Positions 48,487 to 61,573 of a stretch of DNA of 64,000 nucleotides are shown here, one piece after another. The position numbers were made by a program, and so were the translations under genes. The stretch is taken from contig NC_045696.1 of the NCBI RefSeq assembly GCF_009834535.1, forward strand, positions 5,892,001 to 5,956,000. The letters run 5' to 3'. Position 1 is the first letter of the stretch, and each line of letters begins with the position of its first letter. The notes beneath the pieces are model-generated. The model ran no database searches and was not told the origin of the DNA. It was given only the letters and a program-made list of their open reading frames with translations. Source of the stretch: Camelus ferus (taxonomy: Eukaryota).

Positions 48487-51181
48487 CTCAGGCTCACTGG
48501 CTTTCAGAGCTGAGGCCCGTGGTTTCCACGGATGGGGTCCATGTGTGCAGGTGTGCACGTGTGCTTCAGTGGGTGTTCATGTGTTCACATACTTGTGCGT
48601 ACATGTGTGTGTGTGAGAGAGAGGATGCCTGAGTGAACACATTCAGTTGGAGAAATAAAATGAAAAGGCTCTTTGAGTAAGGTAACAGGTCTCCCCGGAT
48701 TCAGGGCATGCTGTGGACTGCTGGCTGGAGGACTTCTTCCGGGCAGTTGGAGCCTGCAGCTGTCCAGACATGCTCTGGGGACAAGCGAAAGCCAAGATCT
48801 GATGATCAGAGAGAACGGCAAAAAGAAAGGAGGCATGCAAAGGCAGATTGCCAGGGATTCTTTGCGCCCAAGAATGTCTTCTTTTATTTGCTAGAAACTC
48901 ATGAAAAAAAGGAGAAGAAAATGTAGGAGGTACTGCATTTCAGAACTTAGGGCGTCAATAATGATGAGACTTATCATGAGGTTTCCTTATAATGTGAATT
49001 TCAATATGCCATTCCTAGCCCCCGACTCCCTTCTTTCATTCATTTAACCATTTAACAAGTATTTGTTGAGTGCCTGCAATTGATTGAGTCACTGATTCAG
49101 TCAAGCAACAGCTAGTCATCGCCCTCTCACCCCACGCACAGTGCTGGGCTCATTTTGCCAGAATGTTTAACACTTTTGCAGAGTAATTTTATTCTAGACA
49201 GACTTTTTCCTCCATCTCTTCAGCAGCCTAGAAGAACTCCAACTAATCCTTAGCATGTTCCTTCAATATTTTTACATCACTTGATTTGAAAAAAATCTTA
49301 AAGCCAGTCACTGTGTTTTTATGTCAAAATATCTGCAAAATATGCTGCAATTGATATGACGGTAGGAGAGATGACATTCACACACACGAAAATCTGTAAA
49401 GTACATCTCTGCCGCTGATCAGAGTGGCGCAGATTGTAGAAGGCGGGCACAGACTTGAGTTCTTACAGATACTGGGGAAATTCAGACACATTCAGGAGCA
49501 GTTTGGAAATGATCGCTTCCTCTATTTTTTTTTTTTTTTTTTAGCAGAATGTTCCAAACTCTTATCCTGGCTTTTCCTTCTTTTGTTTGAAAAGCTTCTG
49601 TTATCCTTGTCCCAGCTCCCCCTGACTCTGGAATGAATCATCCCCTATGACTGGCTATTCTTGGCAGCCAAGCAGACTCTAGTAATGTGATATTTCTTCC
49701 TATCCAAAAAGCCATCAGATTTTTCATATCCTGTGGACCAGATTGTGCTGTTACTTGACACTTGAGCAGAAGCTTGTCTTCATCCCCACAGGCCGCAGGC
49801 TGGAGTCTTCCCACAGCAAAGACAAGACTGGCTGTCTTTTGACAAAATATCCAGGGTCCCCAGTTCCAGAGCACTGGGCTGGTGACTGCTGCGGCGACTA
49901 ACGTTCCCATCTGGTCCTCTTGTTTTGGGGAGGTGGAGAGGGGGAGTAGAACGAGGCCCCAAAGGGGAGAGGACAGGGAATTATGCCATGGATCAGATGG
50001 GCTCCTGCCCTTCCTGGACTTCTTGCAAGCACTGAAGATCAGCATGAGCCTGTGGCCCTGCCTCACGCTCCCCACCTCTTAGAAGAACCCCTCAGAAGGC
50101 TCTGCCAGGCTCTGTGCTGCAAAGCCTCACCCAGTGATTGATGGAGAACTTGGAAGAGCCAATCTTTTCTCATCCATGGATGTCCTTTGGGGCAGGATGC
50201 CATGGATTGGGGTCATGGCATTTGAAGGTCACTAGCTGGTGAGGCCCAAGGGCCAGGAACCAGCAGAAACCCCCAGGGACTGCTCCCCATGGCCATTCCC
50301 TTCTCAGTAGACTCCCACATCCTTGACACTAATTGACAAAGGTGCTTCAGGCTTTGCCTCACTAGCCTCTTCATCCCCACCCAAACACCCTCTCCAGCCC
50401 CTGGAGCTTTCCCCTGCAGCCATCCTGACCGTCTTCCAGCTTCTGGAACTGCCGTTGCTCACCTCTGGGCCATCACACATGCTGTTCCCTTTTCCCTCCC
50501 CCGTCTGATTAGGTCCTGATTTCCTGACAGGTTGTAGCTTCCGTGGGGCACTCCTAAATGGACCAGGGGCCTGACTCTGTGCTCCTATGGGCATCACACA
50601 TTCCTTGATGGTACAGGCTGGACCATGTGGGTCTGCTTCTGGGCTCGGCCACCTCCTCCCCAGTTTGTCAGCTCTGCGGGGATGGTGCCTGTGTGATTCT
50701 GCTGTCTCCCCACGGCCTGCACAGCACAGCCAGTTGTTAGCTGTTGGACTAAAGACCTCTGTGCACTCAAGGCCAGGTGCTGAGTTAGGTGCCAGGATGC
50801 AGGGATTAGCAAACGATGCAGGACTGGGGCTTCCTGGGGCTGGGCTGCCCGAATTGGAAAATTACTACCTGGTACCGAAAGTGGTCCAATACATGGGTCT
50901 CTAGGGTTCGCTGGGAGCCTGGCGGATGGCTGCGGGATGCCCAGCCCAGGGGAGGGCGGCAGCAGTGAGGGAAGGCTGCCTAGAGGAGGTGACGCCATGG
51001 GTGAGTGTTCTCCTCACGGCTTTGTACTAACCACTGGGTCCTGGACCTGGAGTTGTGGCCTCGAGCTGGTGCTGGGGATCCAGTGGTGGGGGCAGAGCCT
51101 TCAGGACCCCAAGTGGGAGCGAGGTACCCCAGGCCTCCAGGCTGGTGGGAGCCCTCTGGCCTCAGGCTCCCTGGTGCTAGC

Positions 51182-51580
51182 TGTATTAGTCAGCCGGGGC
51201 TGCCATACCAAATACCTGAAACTGAGTGGCTTAGACAACAGGAATTTATTTCCTCACTGTTCTGGAGGCTGACTATCCAAGGTCAAGGTGCTGGCTGGGC
51301 TGGTTTCTCCTGAGGCCCCCAATTTGGCTGGTGGGTGGTCATTCACCTTCTCACTGTGTCCTCACGTGGTCCTCCCTGTGTGTGCAGGCGCCCCTGGTGT
51401 CTGTGGGTCCGAATTTCCTCTGCTGATGAGGACATCAGTTCGGTTGGATCAGGGCCCACGCTAATGGCCTCATTTTACCTTAATCACCTCTATAAAGACC
51501 CCATCTCCAAGTACAGCCAACTCCTGAGGTGCTGGGGGTTAGGGCTTCAGTGTATGAATCTGGGGAGGGAGCTGAGGCAC
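51182..51580 (-). mobile_element. MLT1B-type solo LTR
   Basis: tgtattagtc..gggctgccataccaaatacc..aatttatttcctcactgttctggaggct..aggacatcag..ttggatcagggcccac..ctgggggttagggcttca. Confidence 0.9.
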
Positions 51581-52021
51581 ACACTGTATGCATCGTTTGT
51601 GTAATGCTTACATGCCTCCACAGAGGATGTGGACTTCACCTAAAACACTGGAAATCCGTTACTCTTACTCACCTGTGCTTGACTTTCCTCCTCACTCCCC
51701 ACTGGGCTTCTAACCCCAGCCGTCTCCAAGGCACAGAGGGCCAGTGTCCAGGAGGCGCGAGAGGATGCCGGGAAGCCTGTCCCTTCCAGGCCGCAGGGAC
51801 CCTCGGACCACAGGTAGGGTGTGCTGTTGACTGGTGGGTGAAACTGGGCTTCATGCAAAGTCCTGCTCTTTTGGCTTAGTTTTTATTTCTCCGAGAGGAT
51901 TTTTGAGGTCAGCTGAATCGATCAATGTGAGCTGTGTTCCCACAGGAGACACACTGACTTGGTGAGGAGGTGGGTTTTCCCAGCTCTTGGGTCCTTAGTT
52001 AGAGTCCCCTGGAAAGGACTG

Positions 52022-52417
52022 TTTATTTATCTATTTTTTTTTTTTTATGGAATGAAAGATTCTTTAAATTCTATAGTGCTTTCCAGGTTTCAAAAGTTTC
52101 ACACATATGATTTGATATATTCCCTCAGTAGCCCCCCTTTTTCCCTCCCCTACCTCTGTCTTGCCCCCCCCACCTCTGTCTTGCCCCCGCCCCCCACCTC
52201 GCCTCTCCCTGCTGCTAAGCACTGTGTTGTTCTCTAGGTCTGAGAGTCTGCTTCTTTTTTGTTATGTTCACTAGTTTGTCGTAGCTTTTAGATTCCATAC
52301 GTAAGGGTCTCATACAGTATTTGTTTTTCTCTATCTTTTTTTCACTTAGCTTCATGCCCTCCAAGTCCATCCATGTTGCCACAAATGGCAAAATTTCATT
52401 CTTCTTTATGGCTGAGT
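52022..52417 (-). mobile_element. L1 3' fragment with a small internal tandem duplication
   Basis: tctgagagtctgcttcttttttgttatgttcactagtttg..ccctccaagtccatccatgttgccacaaatggcaaaatttcattc; acctctgtcttgccccc occurs twice. Confidence 0.8.
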
Positions 52418-55400
52418 CGCATTTGGGCCACGATGCTTTGTTGCCTCAGTCCCCTCAAGGGACCCTTGAGTTCTCCACTAGGGGCCCCATCTTATCCCCT
52501 TTTCGGGGACTGTCCTTGAGCCCTCACCCTGGTGTCTTTGCTTCCTACGCAATGATTGTTTCAGAAGAACACAGCAGCCCACAGACCCACTTCCATGCCT
52601 AAAAGAAACAGCGCTGGAATAGCTCCTCCTCCCCCACTCCCCCGGCAAGGGCATCCACTGAACCTGATAAAGAGACCTTTACAGACACTCGTTCTAGCCG
52701 CGGACCCCATGCTGCGTTTCATATGCAAGCCTTCTGTGCTCTGCTTAATGTCCTCGGAGAAACCTCATAACAAATTAATGTTTATGGGGGCCCATTAATC
52801 TTCAAAGCATTTCACTGACTTTACTCAATCCCAATGACCCCCTTGTTCAGGCAATAATGAGCCTTTCTGGTCTCGTATTCTTTTCCCTTCTAAGACTACA
52901 TTTTTGTAGATGGAAGAAAAATCAAACACGGAGAAATGAAATGCTCTGTGTGACCCCTGCATCAGAGCTGGGGTCAGGTTTGGGTGGGCGGCGTTCCAGG
53001 CTCCTGCTTCCATGCTCTGGTCAATCAAGGCCTCCCCTCAAAGTGTGCCTGCTCTCCAGTGAGGAGCTCAAAGCCACTTTTGATTCCTGAAGACTCTGAC
53101 CGACAAGCCACTTTTCATTCAATACACACACACAGATATGTGTGCACGCACACACGTGCACACACACTCAGGTTGGCAAGCACCCTCTCAAACTGGCAAA
53201 GGGGTGGGGGATGGAGGTGGGATTCTCGGAAGAGCCCTGTTTCAGTTGATTGGGGTGTTTACCGGCTTCTAGGTAAAGCAATCCCGTGGGAGGAATTGGA
53301 TTGGCTACCCTCTCTCCACAAGGCTGCTCCCTCCTCCGTGGAGGTCGGGCGTACACAGAGCCAGGCTGCATTTAGAGAGCCATATATTTCCGGTTTCCCA
53401 AAGTGTGATTCCCACCAACATTTTGGTAAGTTCCTTGTGGACAGAGCCCTTGTATCTGCAGGGGACTCTGAGGGGTATGGGGGCCACATTCTGTCTTTGT
53501 GGCTCTGGTCTCCTGCGTGGACCAATGGTCCCGCTCCTGGATTCCTGCTCCTTGACTCCAGCTCTTCGATTGCAGCATATCTTTCACTGGCAGGGCTCTC
53601 ACCTAATGGATCTTTCTCCAATGGTGCAGAAAAGTCAATGAAATAGTGGTTTTCAGCTTTTTCAGTAGATTTGGGAGAAAGAAGTTAAGAAGAATAATGA
53701 GCAACGAAAGTCCTTTCAGAGGCAGCCTGATGCAAAAGACTCCCTAGAAAACGTAGAGAGGGCAGGCGACCCAATGACTGTGTATTTTTCCTCCACAGAA
53801 ATACTCCGGGGAAAGGGCTAGACTGACTCCCAAGGCATCGCCCAGGAAGTGAAGGCGGAGCGTCTGGAGAAGAACCACCGCCTGGACCTGCCGATGCCCC
53901 TCCTTCTGAGCCTCGGTGTGAGAGCTTTTTGGAGCAGGACGTGAAAGGGGTATGTGATCCTGATGCAAACAAACAAATCCCCAGCAGGGCAGATGCTAAT
54001 CTTATACCCATTTTCTTGGAGTTTTGCTTGCCCGCCACCAGCCCAGTGTTCAGACCGCAGTGACCGCCATGGCAGCAGGGGGTTCCGTGAAAAGGCTGAT
54101 CCACTCAGCATTCAACAGCCTCGTCTGCCCAGGCTCACGGGGAGAGATGCTGATATGAATTTTCCAGCTAAGAGAAGGAAAAACCTTTCGCTTATTACTT
54201 ATCACTTTAACCACTTCCTTTTTTAAGTTAGAGGGACCAGTAATCCTGAGAGGAGAGCGATGGCTTAGAGAAGGTGCCAGGGGTCCTGGTAAGGTGCTCA
54301 GGTAAGGAGCACTCCAGTCCTGCTGCGGGTGGAGGAACCAGGCCCCGGCTTCCAGGCTCAGAGGGTAACCAACTGGGAGGACACTGTTTTCCCATCTCCA
54401 AGGACATCCATCCACTGAGAGCAAGACAAACTCACTCGCTCGGGGGACCGACTTCCGTGTGCATTGCTGCCTGCATGTCTCATACTTTTCTGACCTCTAA
54501 ATGCCCACTCAACCCACCCCCCCCATCATCTCTTCCACCCACACACAGCTTCGGACGCCTGGGGGTACCTGAACCTGCATCCACGGGCTTGGGCACCTAC
54601 AGTGTTCTTTGTACTTTGGGCAAAACAGTCAGACGTGATGCAACATTTCCCCAAGACCAGGGGTTGTAAGGGAGGGTCATCGGATTCCAAACTGCCAGTG
54701 ATGATCGGGTGTAAACAAAACGGCCGCTGCCAGTCCAGAGGGAGGTGGGGCAGCACCTTTCCAGGTCAGTTCAGTGGTCAGTCCTCTGAGCTGAGAGAGA
54801 CAGCAGTGTGACCTGAAGAAGGGACAGATAGGAATGTCAGGAATAGATGCAGAACTTCCCTGGAAATTAGCAATCAGATTTTAGGGCAGCGGTTTTAGAA
54901 TTACATGCTCTCTCATAGTTAAAAAGCCTTATTTAAAAGAGACATTTCTATTCTCATTTTTAAGATGGGTCGGAAAGCGTGCACGTGAGGATTAGATTGC
55001 CAAAGCAGACCTGTGGTCGGGAGTGGACTTCAAACTATCCTGATCATCACTCCGGTGGGTTGATCCCAAATGTGTCCAGGGGAGCCTTCAATGGAGACCA
55101 CGGAGGTAGACAGGGCAGGGAGGGGGGGGGGTGTGGAGGGTGAAGGCGAGCTGGTCCTGCTCGGCCAAGAGGAAAGGCATGCCTTTGCCAGCTACTGACT
55201 CACCGAGCCCCTGGGAAACCATCTCCAGCTGCAGCAACTGTTGAGGGCAGGAGAGAGAAAGGACCCTCCCTCCCAGCCCTGCCAGACCCAGAACATCATT
55301 CCAACAGTGTTTGGAAAAGAAAAAATGATTCAAGGACTGTCTTGGAGAGTCCTTGGAGAGAGTTGTCAGAGAAATTTGGCAATGAAAATTAGCTTTGAAA

Positions 55401-55633
55401 ACCATGGCATGGGTTATTCTGAAACAATTTTATGTAAAACTGGAAAAGTCCAAGTGAGTTACTTATGTGGGGAATGATCTGCTACACGTTTTAAATTCCA
55501 CATGAGTCTCCGTTGCCACTCCTCACATCTTTAGTGCCCCTTCCCCCAGGCTACAGGGAAGCTGGAGAGAGGACCAAGGACAGGGCAGGGAATGATCACA
55601 TGACCTGTATCAATCATTGTGCCATGACTGGTG

Positions 55634-55802
55634 GGGATGGTGGCCTCCTAAAATACAGGACACCCAGTACACTGAGGTTTTATTGTTTTAATAGTTTAAA
55701 TATATCCCCAAAATTTCTTGGGATATACTTATATTAAAAAAATAATTCGTTGTTTATCTGAAATTCAAATCTAACTGTTTTTTGGCTAAATATGGCCACC
55801 CT
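55634..55802. mobile_element. MER53, second and more degraded copy
   Basis: aaaatacaggacacccagt ... ttgggatatacttatattaaaaaaataattcgttgtttatctgaaattcaaatctaactg ... tggccaccct. Confidence 0.82.
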
Positions 55803-56096
55803 TCTGCAGAGAGACTCTCAAACAGACTCAGCTGAGACATTATTCTCTTCCTGCCAAAAGCCCTAGTGTCTACATATGAGTGTCTGTGAAAGCACAAATG
55901 CCACCCTCTGTCACAGGGCCGTAGACTGTGACATCTCTAGCAATGTGCAGCCATGGTGATGACTTATGGGTAGGGTACCTCGGCAGAGAAGGAGCCTCCT
56001 TAATTTTCAGCTGCAGACAGAACAGTGCATCCATAGGAACAGCAGGAAGTAGGTCTCTATTCGCAGTCAATGAGGACCATCCACTCACGTGACCAC

Positions 56097-56498
56097 TGTG
56101 GGTGGAGTGGTGTCCCCCACAATGGAGTCCTACTTGGAAATGGGGTCTTTGCAGATATAATTAGTCATGATGAGGTCATTCACACTGGGTTAGGATGGGT
56201 CCTAGTCCAATATGACTGATGTCCTTTGAAGAAGAGAAATGATGCACACAGGGGGATGCCTTATGATGACAGTGGCAGAGACGGGAGTGATGCATCTACA
56301 AGCCAAGGATTGCTGGCAGCACCAGAAGCTAAAAGACAGGCGGGGAGCAGATTCTCACTCACAGCCCTTAGGAGGAACCAACCCTGCTGACACCTTGATC
56401 TTGAACTTCTAGCCTCTAAGCTGAGAGAGAATAAATTCCTGTTGTTTAAGCCAGCCAGTCTGTGGTGCTTTGTTATGGCAGCCCTGAGAACCTAACAC
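56097..56498 (+). mobile_element. MLT1C-type solo LTR
   Basis: ttggaaatggggtctttgcagat..gatgaggtcat..ggagtgatgcatctacaagccaaggattgctggcagcaccagaagcta..aataaattcctgttgtttaagcca..tttgttatggcagccct. Confidence 0.9.
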
Positions 56499-59045
56499 AA
56501 GGACTGTCACTTGATTGCAGGCAAAAAAACAGAGTTCTATGCAATTAATTTCAAGTCCTGAATTCAAGGAAGAGGTTATCTCACAACCAGCGGAGTACAA
56601 TGTGCAAAAATAGAGGTCCACTAGGATTAGCAAATCCGGACCCCAAAATAAGGAGAGGATCTGGCCGGCCCCAGAAGGGAGCTATTTCCTGGGCCTGCCG
56701 GGGGCTTGGTGACACCAGAAATACATTTCAGATATTCCTGAGTCAGCGTGTGTGTAGATGGAACTCTATTACATTATCTATTTACTGCACGGTAGACAAT
56801 GCCGTCCCTGGTAAGGGTCAGACTCAAGTAATCTGGATTGTCATTATGAAGTGTCAAATTAAAATAATTGCCTGAGATGCTGTCAGCAAGGTGACTAGAT
56901 CAGGAGGCTCAAAATGCCAATGCCAGTCTGACGTTTAGGTGAGAGAGCAGCTCCACCCCCTTGGAAAACGTGCCTTTCACAATCCCTTCTGCTCGAGGAT
57001 GGCACGTGCTCTCTTCCACCCCCACCTCCATCGATTGCTGTATATTCACAAAACATAAAGTGATTTTAATGTGATCTAATACACACTCAAATAGAAGAAG
57101 ACAGATATGTCATCCATCGCCTCGGATAACGCACTGTCTCAGTCAGTCAGCTCTACCGCGTTCAGCTCGTCTGCAAGCGCTAGAGGTGGCGAGTTTGAGG
57201 CCAAAGCCCTCGCCTCAGACAGCAAGCACTTTTTCAGTGCCCGCTGGGCGCTGATCCCAGGCGTCTCCAGGCTTAGACGCCCCGGGTACACAGGTGTCTA
57301 TACATTGGGTGTCACCAGGACTCTGGGTGACATTAATGGAAGGCTCGGTTGCTCTGACATGGGTTGCAGTCAAGGGCTGGGGGTCTGTTAGACCTTTACT
57401 TACAGCAGGGGGTGGAACATCCCCGACCCTCTCCACCTCTAGTCCTCAACTCTGAGGGAGACCCACCCCTTCCTTGTCTTGAGGTTTCAGTTAGGCTGTT
57501 GTGGGTTCTTGCCCCTTCAGTTCTGCTCCTACCCTTTCCTAGGCTTTAATGCCCTTCCTTTTCCCCACATCTGTCTCCAAATGTGCACATCATTTCTTTT
57601 AAGAGCTCGCCTCTTCCAGGAAGCCTTCTGGGAATCATTCCTTTGCCCTCCATCCTCATTGTTTATATAATCCATCTAAATATACCATAATTGGGTTCAT
57701 GATGAGAACACTGCTTTGAAATGTCTGATTTCACTGAAACCCTTTTCAGTCTCTTTCCCGAGTCCTCAAATTTCACTCTATGCCCAATGCCTGCTCCTCC
57801 CTCCTCCCCTTCCACGTGTGAGCTGGCACTTTTGGCCCAGCCGCATGTGACATGAGTCCACACGTGCTCTTCTAAATAACCTTCGTGACATTCACGTGAG
57901 GTGGGGAGACAATTAAGAGAGGAAAAATAGCAGAGCCCATCTGGAGCTGCCACCCTGCTTACCACTCCGGGTTTTATCCTGTTTCCCCCATGATTAGATT
58001 ACTCCTGACGCAGCCAGCTACTTGCCTTTCCTGCCCATCAGGGGTCTCCAGCGCTGTCTGGGAACACACACGCCTCCCACCGCAGGACAGATGTTGCATG
58101 CGGTTTCCTTCCCACGCAAACATCTGCTCCAGAGGCGGCCACGCCAGCCAGCTGGCTCAGACTAGTAAGGGATGGATTCCTGGGTGAGGTGCTGGGTCCT
58201 GCCAAGTTCCTAGGCATAGGGCCTGGGCCTCTCAAACTGTGTGAACCATCTTCCCTGACTGGCCGAGCCTCTGCGGCTGCATTTAAATCCCGCCCCTGCT
58301 CCCACCTCACCTCCTCCATCTGGGCTCTTGAGTTCCAGTGGCCTCTGGCTAAAATGGATCTAGGGGCCAAATGGCTCTCGCCGTGGACAGGAATACTCTG
58401 AGTAATTTTTACTTTGGGCAGCTACAGATTTTTTCCCCCTTTTTTCTAATAGATGAATGAATGAATGATGTGCAGACTAGGATCTGGGAACGGGGAGACT
58501 CACGCACGTCGGGTGCACCCAGCTGTACTCATAAATGTCTCCAAGTGTTTACTAGGGAGCTCGTGCTCCTGACCCAGCTGCCTCCTGGTCCGAGAACCTT
58601 CCCTGTGGGCCTGCAGGAGGCCTGGCCCAGCCAGGGGCCGTGGGCGCAGCCTGCGGTGGCGGGTGATTTTTTTTTAAAGCACATAATACTTTGCAGATGT
58701 TGGCAGTAACCAGCAAAGCCAGGGCAAAGTTCCAAATGCCAGACCACAAAAATATGTCATGTTTACTGTCTGATTCCTGGAAATGAGACAGCGTCACAAT
58801 AAAACAGTTCACAAGGATGCATATGTCTGCTCCCTTGAGACGGTGGACTGGTGCCGACCTCGGGGAGACTACTGGCTATTTATCAGCTGTGTTCTTCTGT
58901 AAAGATGGAGAGAAACCTGCTTCCGGTTAGTGAAGAAGATCACCTGTCTTCTTCATGTGACGGTGACTCTTTAAAAATTCCAGCCACACGGAGCTTGCGT
59001 TCAAAGGGACAGAACAGCAGTCGTGTAGGTTTCTAACGTCTAAAT

Positions 59046-59505
59046 CAGGAGTTCCTAACCTCCTTTGTGCCTGGGACTCCTTCGGCAACCTGGAGAAGCA
59101 TATGGATTGCTTCTCAGAATACGGACTTTAAATAAATTACATGGGATTACTCAGGAAACCATTAGACTGAAACACAGTTAAAATATTACAGAAAACCGGA
59201 ACTGTGAAACGGTTACCCACGTGCTGCTTCACCAGCACGTTCAAAACAAGATCGAGTGGGCTGTCGAATAAGCACTTAATTTCAAAGTAAAGTAACGGTG
59301 TTTAAGACATTTGCAGCAGCAGCAGTGCAATGTGGCAACACGTGTGGCTCCGGCAGTCCTATCGGGCTGGCTCTCTGGGCTTTGTTGACTGAGCTCCTGA
59401 CAGAAGGAGATGCTACGTTCTGCTAGAGGTCAGTGAAAATAAACCTAGAATTTCTTTCCCATCCAAGTTGACAGGCTGCTGGATTTCTAACTCAGGTAAG
59501 CCCCA
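59046..59505. mobile_element. MER119-like hAT-Charlie element
   Basis: caggagttcctaacctcctttgtgcc..cttctcagaata..ggattactcaggaaacca..agaggtcagtgaaaataaa..ttcccatccaagtt. Confidence 0.7.
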
Positions 59506-59842
59506 GTGTTCTGTGCCCCAGTGGTGGCTCCGGCACAGCACGCCCTGCCCCAGTTGTCCAGGGCGCAGGTCCCTGCTTCACCCTGTGGCTCTGATGACCC
59601 TTGACCTCCTGCCATTTCTGAGCCCTGTCGTATCTTTCCTCAGGTCTGCTAGTTGAGCTGGGTCCTCATGCTGAAGCTAGAAGCTTCACCCCTTCCAAGG
59701 AGTCAAACCAAATTGAACAAGATGGTTCTTTTTATATGGGCCTAAGCCCATGTAATGGGTTCACTCCATTCAAAGTTTTTCCAAAAAAACAAGACACTAA
59801 ATAATAAAGTCTGGTTCTCATCAAGTCAAACCAGGGCACTTC

Positions 59843-60072
59843 TATCGGTTTCCTGGGGCTGCCATAATGAAGTGTCACAAACTAGTGGCCCAAAGCAACA
59901 GAAACATACCCAGGTCAAGTGTCAACAGGGCCAAGCTCTCTGCAGGCCCAGGAGAGGGTCCTTCCTGCCTCTTCCAGCTTCTGGCGGCTCCTGGCGTCCT
60001 TGGCTTGTGGCTGCATCCCCCCAACCTTTTCTCCCGCCTTCGCAGGTCCTCCTCCCTGTGCGTTCTCATAAA
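59843..60072 (-). mobile_element. MLT1C-type LTR fragment
   Basis: tatcggtttcctggggctgccataa..ccttcctgcctcttccagcttctggcggctcctggcgtccttggcttgtggctgcatc. Confidence 0.82.
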
Positions 60073-60234
60073 GGCACAATTCAGCTCACTAACACACCAG
60101 AGTCAGGAGTTGTCTAAAGGAGCAGTGGAGGGTAGAACGCAAGAGGGTGGAGAAACTGAAACTCATCTGATCTCGCTGCCGCAATGGGTTGTAGCAGAGC
60201 CCCGTCGCTGAGCTTTCTAGGGAACCTGGCTGTG

Positions 60235-60420
60235 CCAGACAGAGCCTGGGGCTCCCCGTGAGTCGTCTTGCTTAGTCCTCACAAAGACACGGTGCGGTTG
60301 GGCTGTTGAATTCCCATTTCACAGATGAGCAAATCAAGGCTCAGAGAGGTCAAACTAAGTTGCTTTCATCCACAAATCAGTGCTGGCGTGAATCTAGATA
60401 GCTCCCTCCAGGCTCTCTGC
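60235..60420 (-). mobile_element. MIR SINE
   Basis: cccatttcacagatgagcaaatcaaggctcagagaggtcaa. Confidence 0.75.
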
Positions 60421-60447
60421 CCGGCACACAGGAGAGATGCTGAGAAG

Positions 60448-60636
60448 CCTTGACTTTTTATAGGCAGCCTTGATTCTGTGCCGGCATCTGTGGGAGGGCC
60501 AGTTAGCAAATCTTGTTTAACAATGAATGAATAATGAAGCTCAAGTTCTACTGGGAGTTGAATCTTCTGCCGTCTTGGTGCTAATCACTGTGTCATTCTT
60601 TTAATGGTTGTGCCTGCCCCCATCCCTCCGGTCTCA
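60448..60636 (-). mobile_element. MER41-like LTR fragment (U3 end), homologous to about 36535-36721
   Basis: Shares ctgtgggagggcc, gaagctca, gccgtct.ggtgc, tggttgtg and the terminal ctca with the 36.2-kb LTR. Confidence 0.75.
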
Positions 60637-61415
60637 CACCTTGGCCCAGATAAGAGTATCAGGTTCTCTCTAACAGCTGGGGAAATGGAGGAAGTACGCT
60701 ATCAGGGCCCAGAACTGGCCCGTGGGTGAGCACACGAGTCAGAGGATGGAGGGGCGGCGGACGTCCAGCCAGCGCTGCTGCCCTGGGTGAGGGGGAGTGT
60801 CCCAGTGTCACGAGGCAGCTGCGGACTGTGGGCTGATTGTGAGGCGCTCTCCTTATGCGCTTTATGGCTGGGATCCTTCTGGAGACCCTGGGTGCCTTCC
60901 TCACGGAGAAGCTGCCACTTTTGAATTTATGAAGTGCTGTAAGCCAAATGGCAAGAGCAGGCCGATCTGCTCTTGTGAAGGGCTGGGGACCTCTTTCCCC
61001 ACTGTTGTCCCCACTCAGGTATGAAAGTGCAACTCGAAAGCCTATTTGTGAGTGGCATGATTTCCCTGACAATGTAGGGACGTGGCCGGGGCTGCTCTGC
61101 ACCCGCCTGGTCCTCTAACCGCATCTGGCAATGATGTCAGAGGCCTGGGGTCTCTCGGATTCCTCCCCATGACTTACCCCCTCCCAGCTCAAGTAGTCCT
61201 GGAAGGAAGGACGTGGGGCAGGGAAGTTAGCAATGAACCAAATGGGGATTTGCCAAAATGCAGGTAAGTGCTTCATGGGGTGAACACTCGGATGGGTGAG
61301 GTGGGAGCCCTGATCTTACACGAGCCCTCCCACTCCCCAGGTCCCAGGTCCGCCATCCCTCCGAGGCCCCCTGCCAGATCCACACAGAGTCTGGGAGGGG
61401 TCAGAGGGGTACTTT

Positions 61416-61569
61416 ATTTTTTTATTTTTCTTTATTTTTGGGGTTTTTTTGGGGGGGGGTAATTAGGTTTATTTATTTATTTATTTTTTAGAGGCAGTAC
61501 TGGGGATTGAACCCAGGACCTGGTGCATGCTGAGCATGCGCTCTACCATTTGAGCTCTGCCAACCCCCC
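61416..61569 (-). mobile_element. vic-1-type SINE in the tail of an L1
   Basis: gggggtaattaggtttatttattt..gtactggggattgaacccaggacctggtgcatgctgagcatgcgctctacca..gagct. Confidence 0.9.
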
Positions 61570-61573
61570 ACCA

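Noticed and set aside
57107..57391. ATG-initiated 94-aa ORF and a CTCF-like gcgctagaggtggcg in a CpG-retaining patch
   Set aside because: No recognisable homology or splice structure; the motif misses several core CTCF positions.
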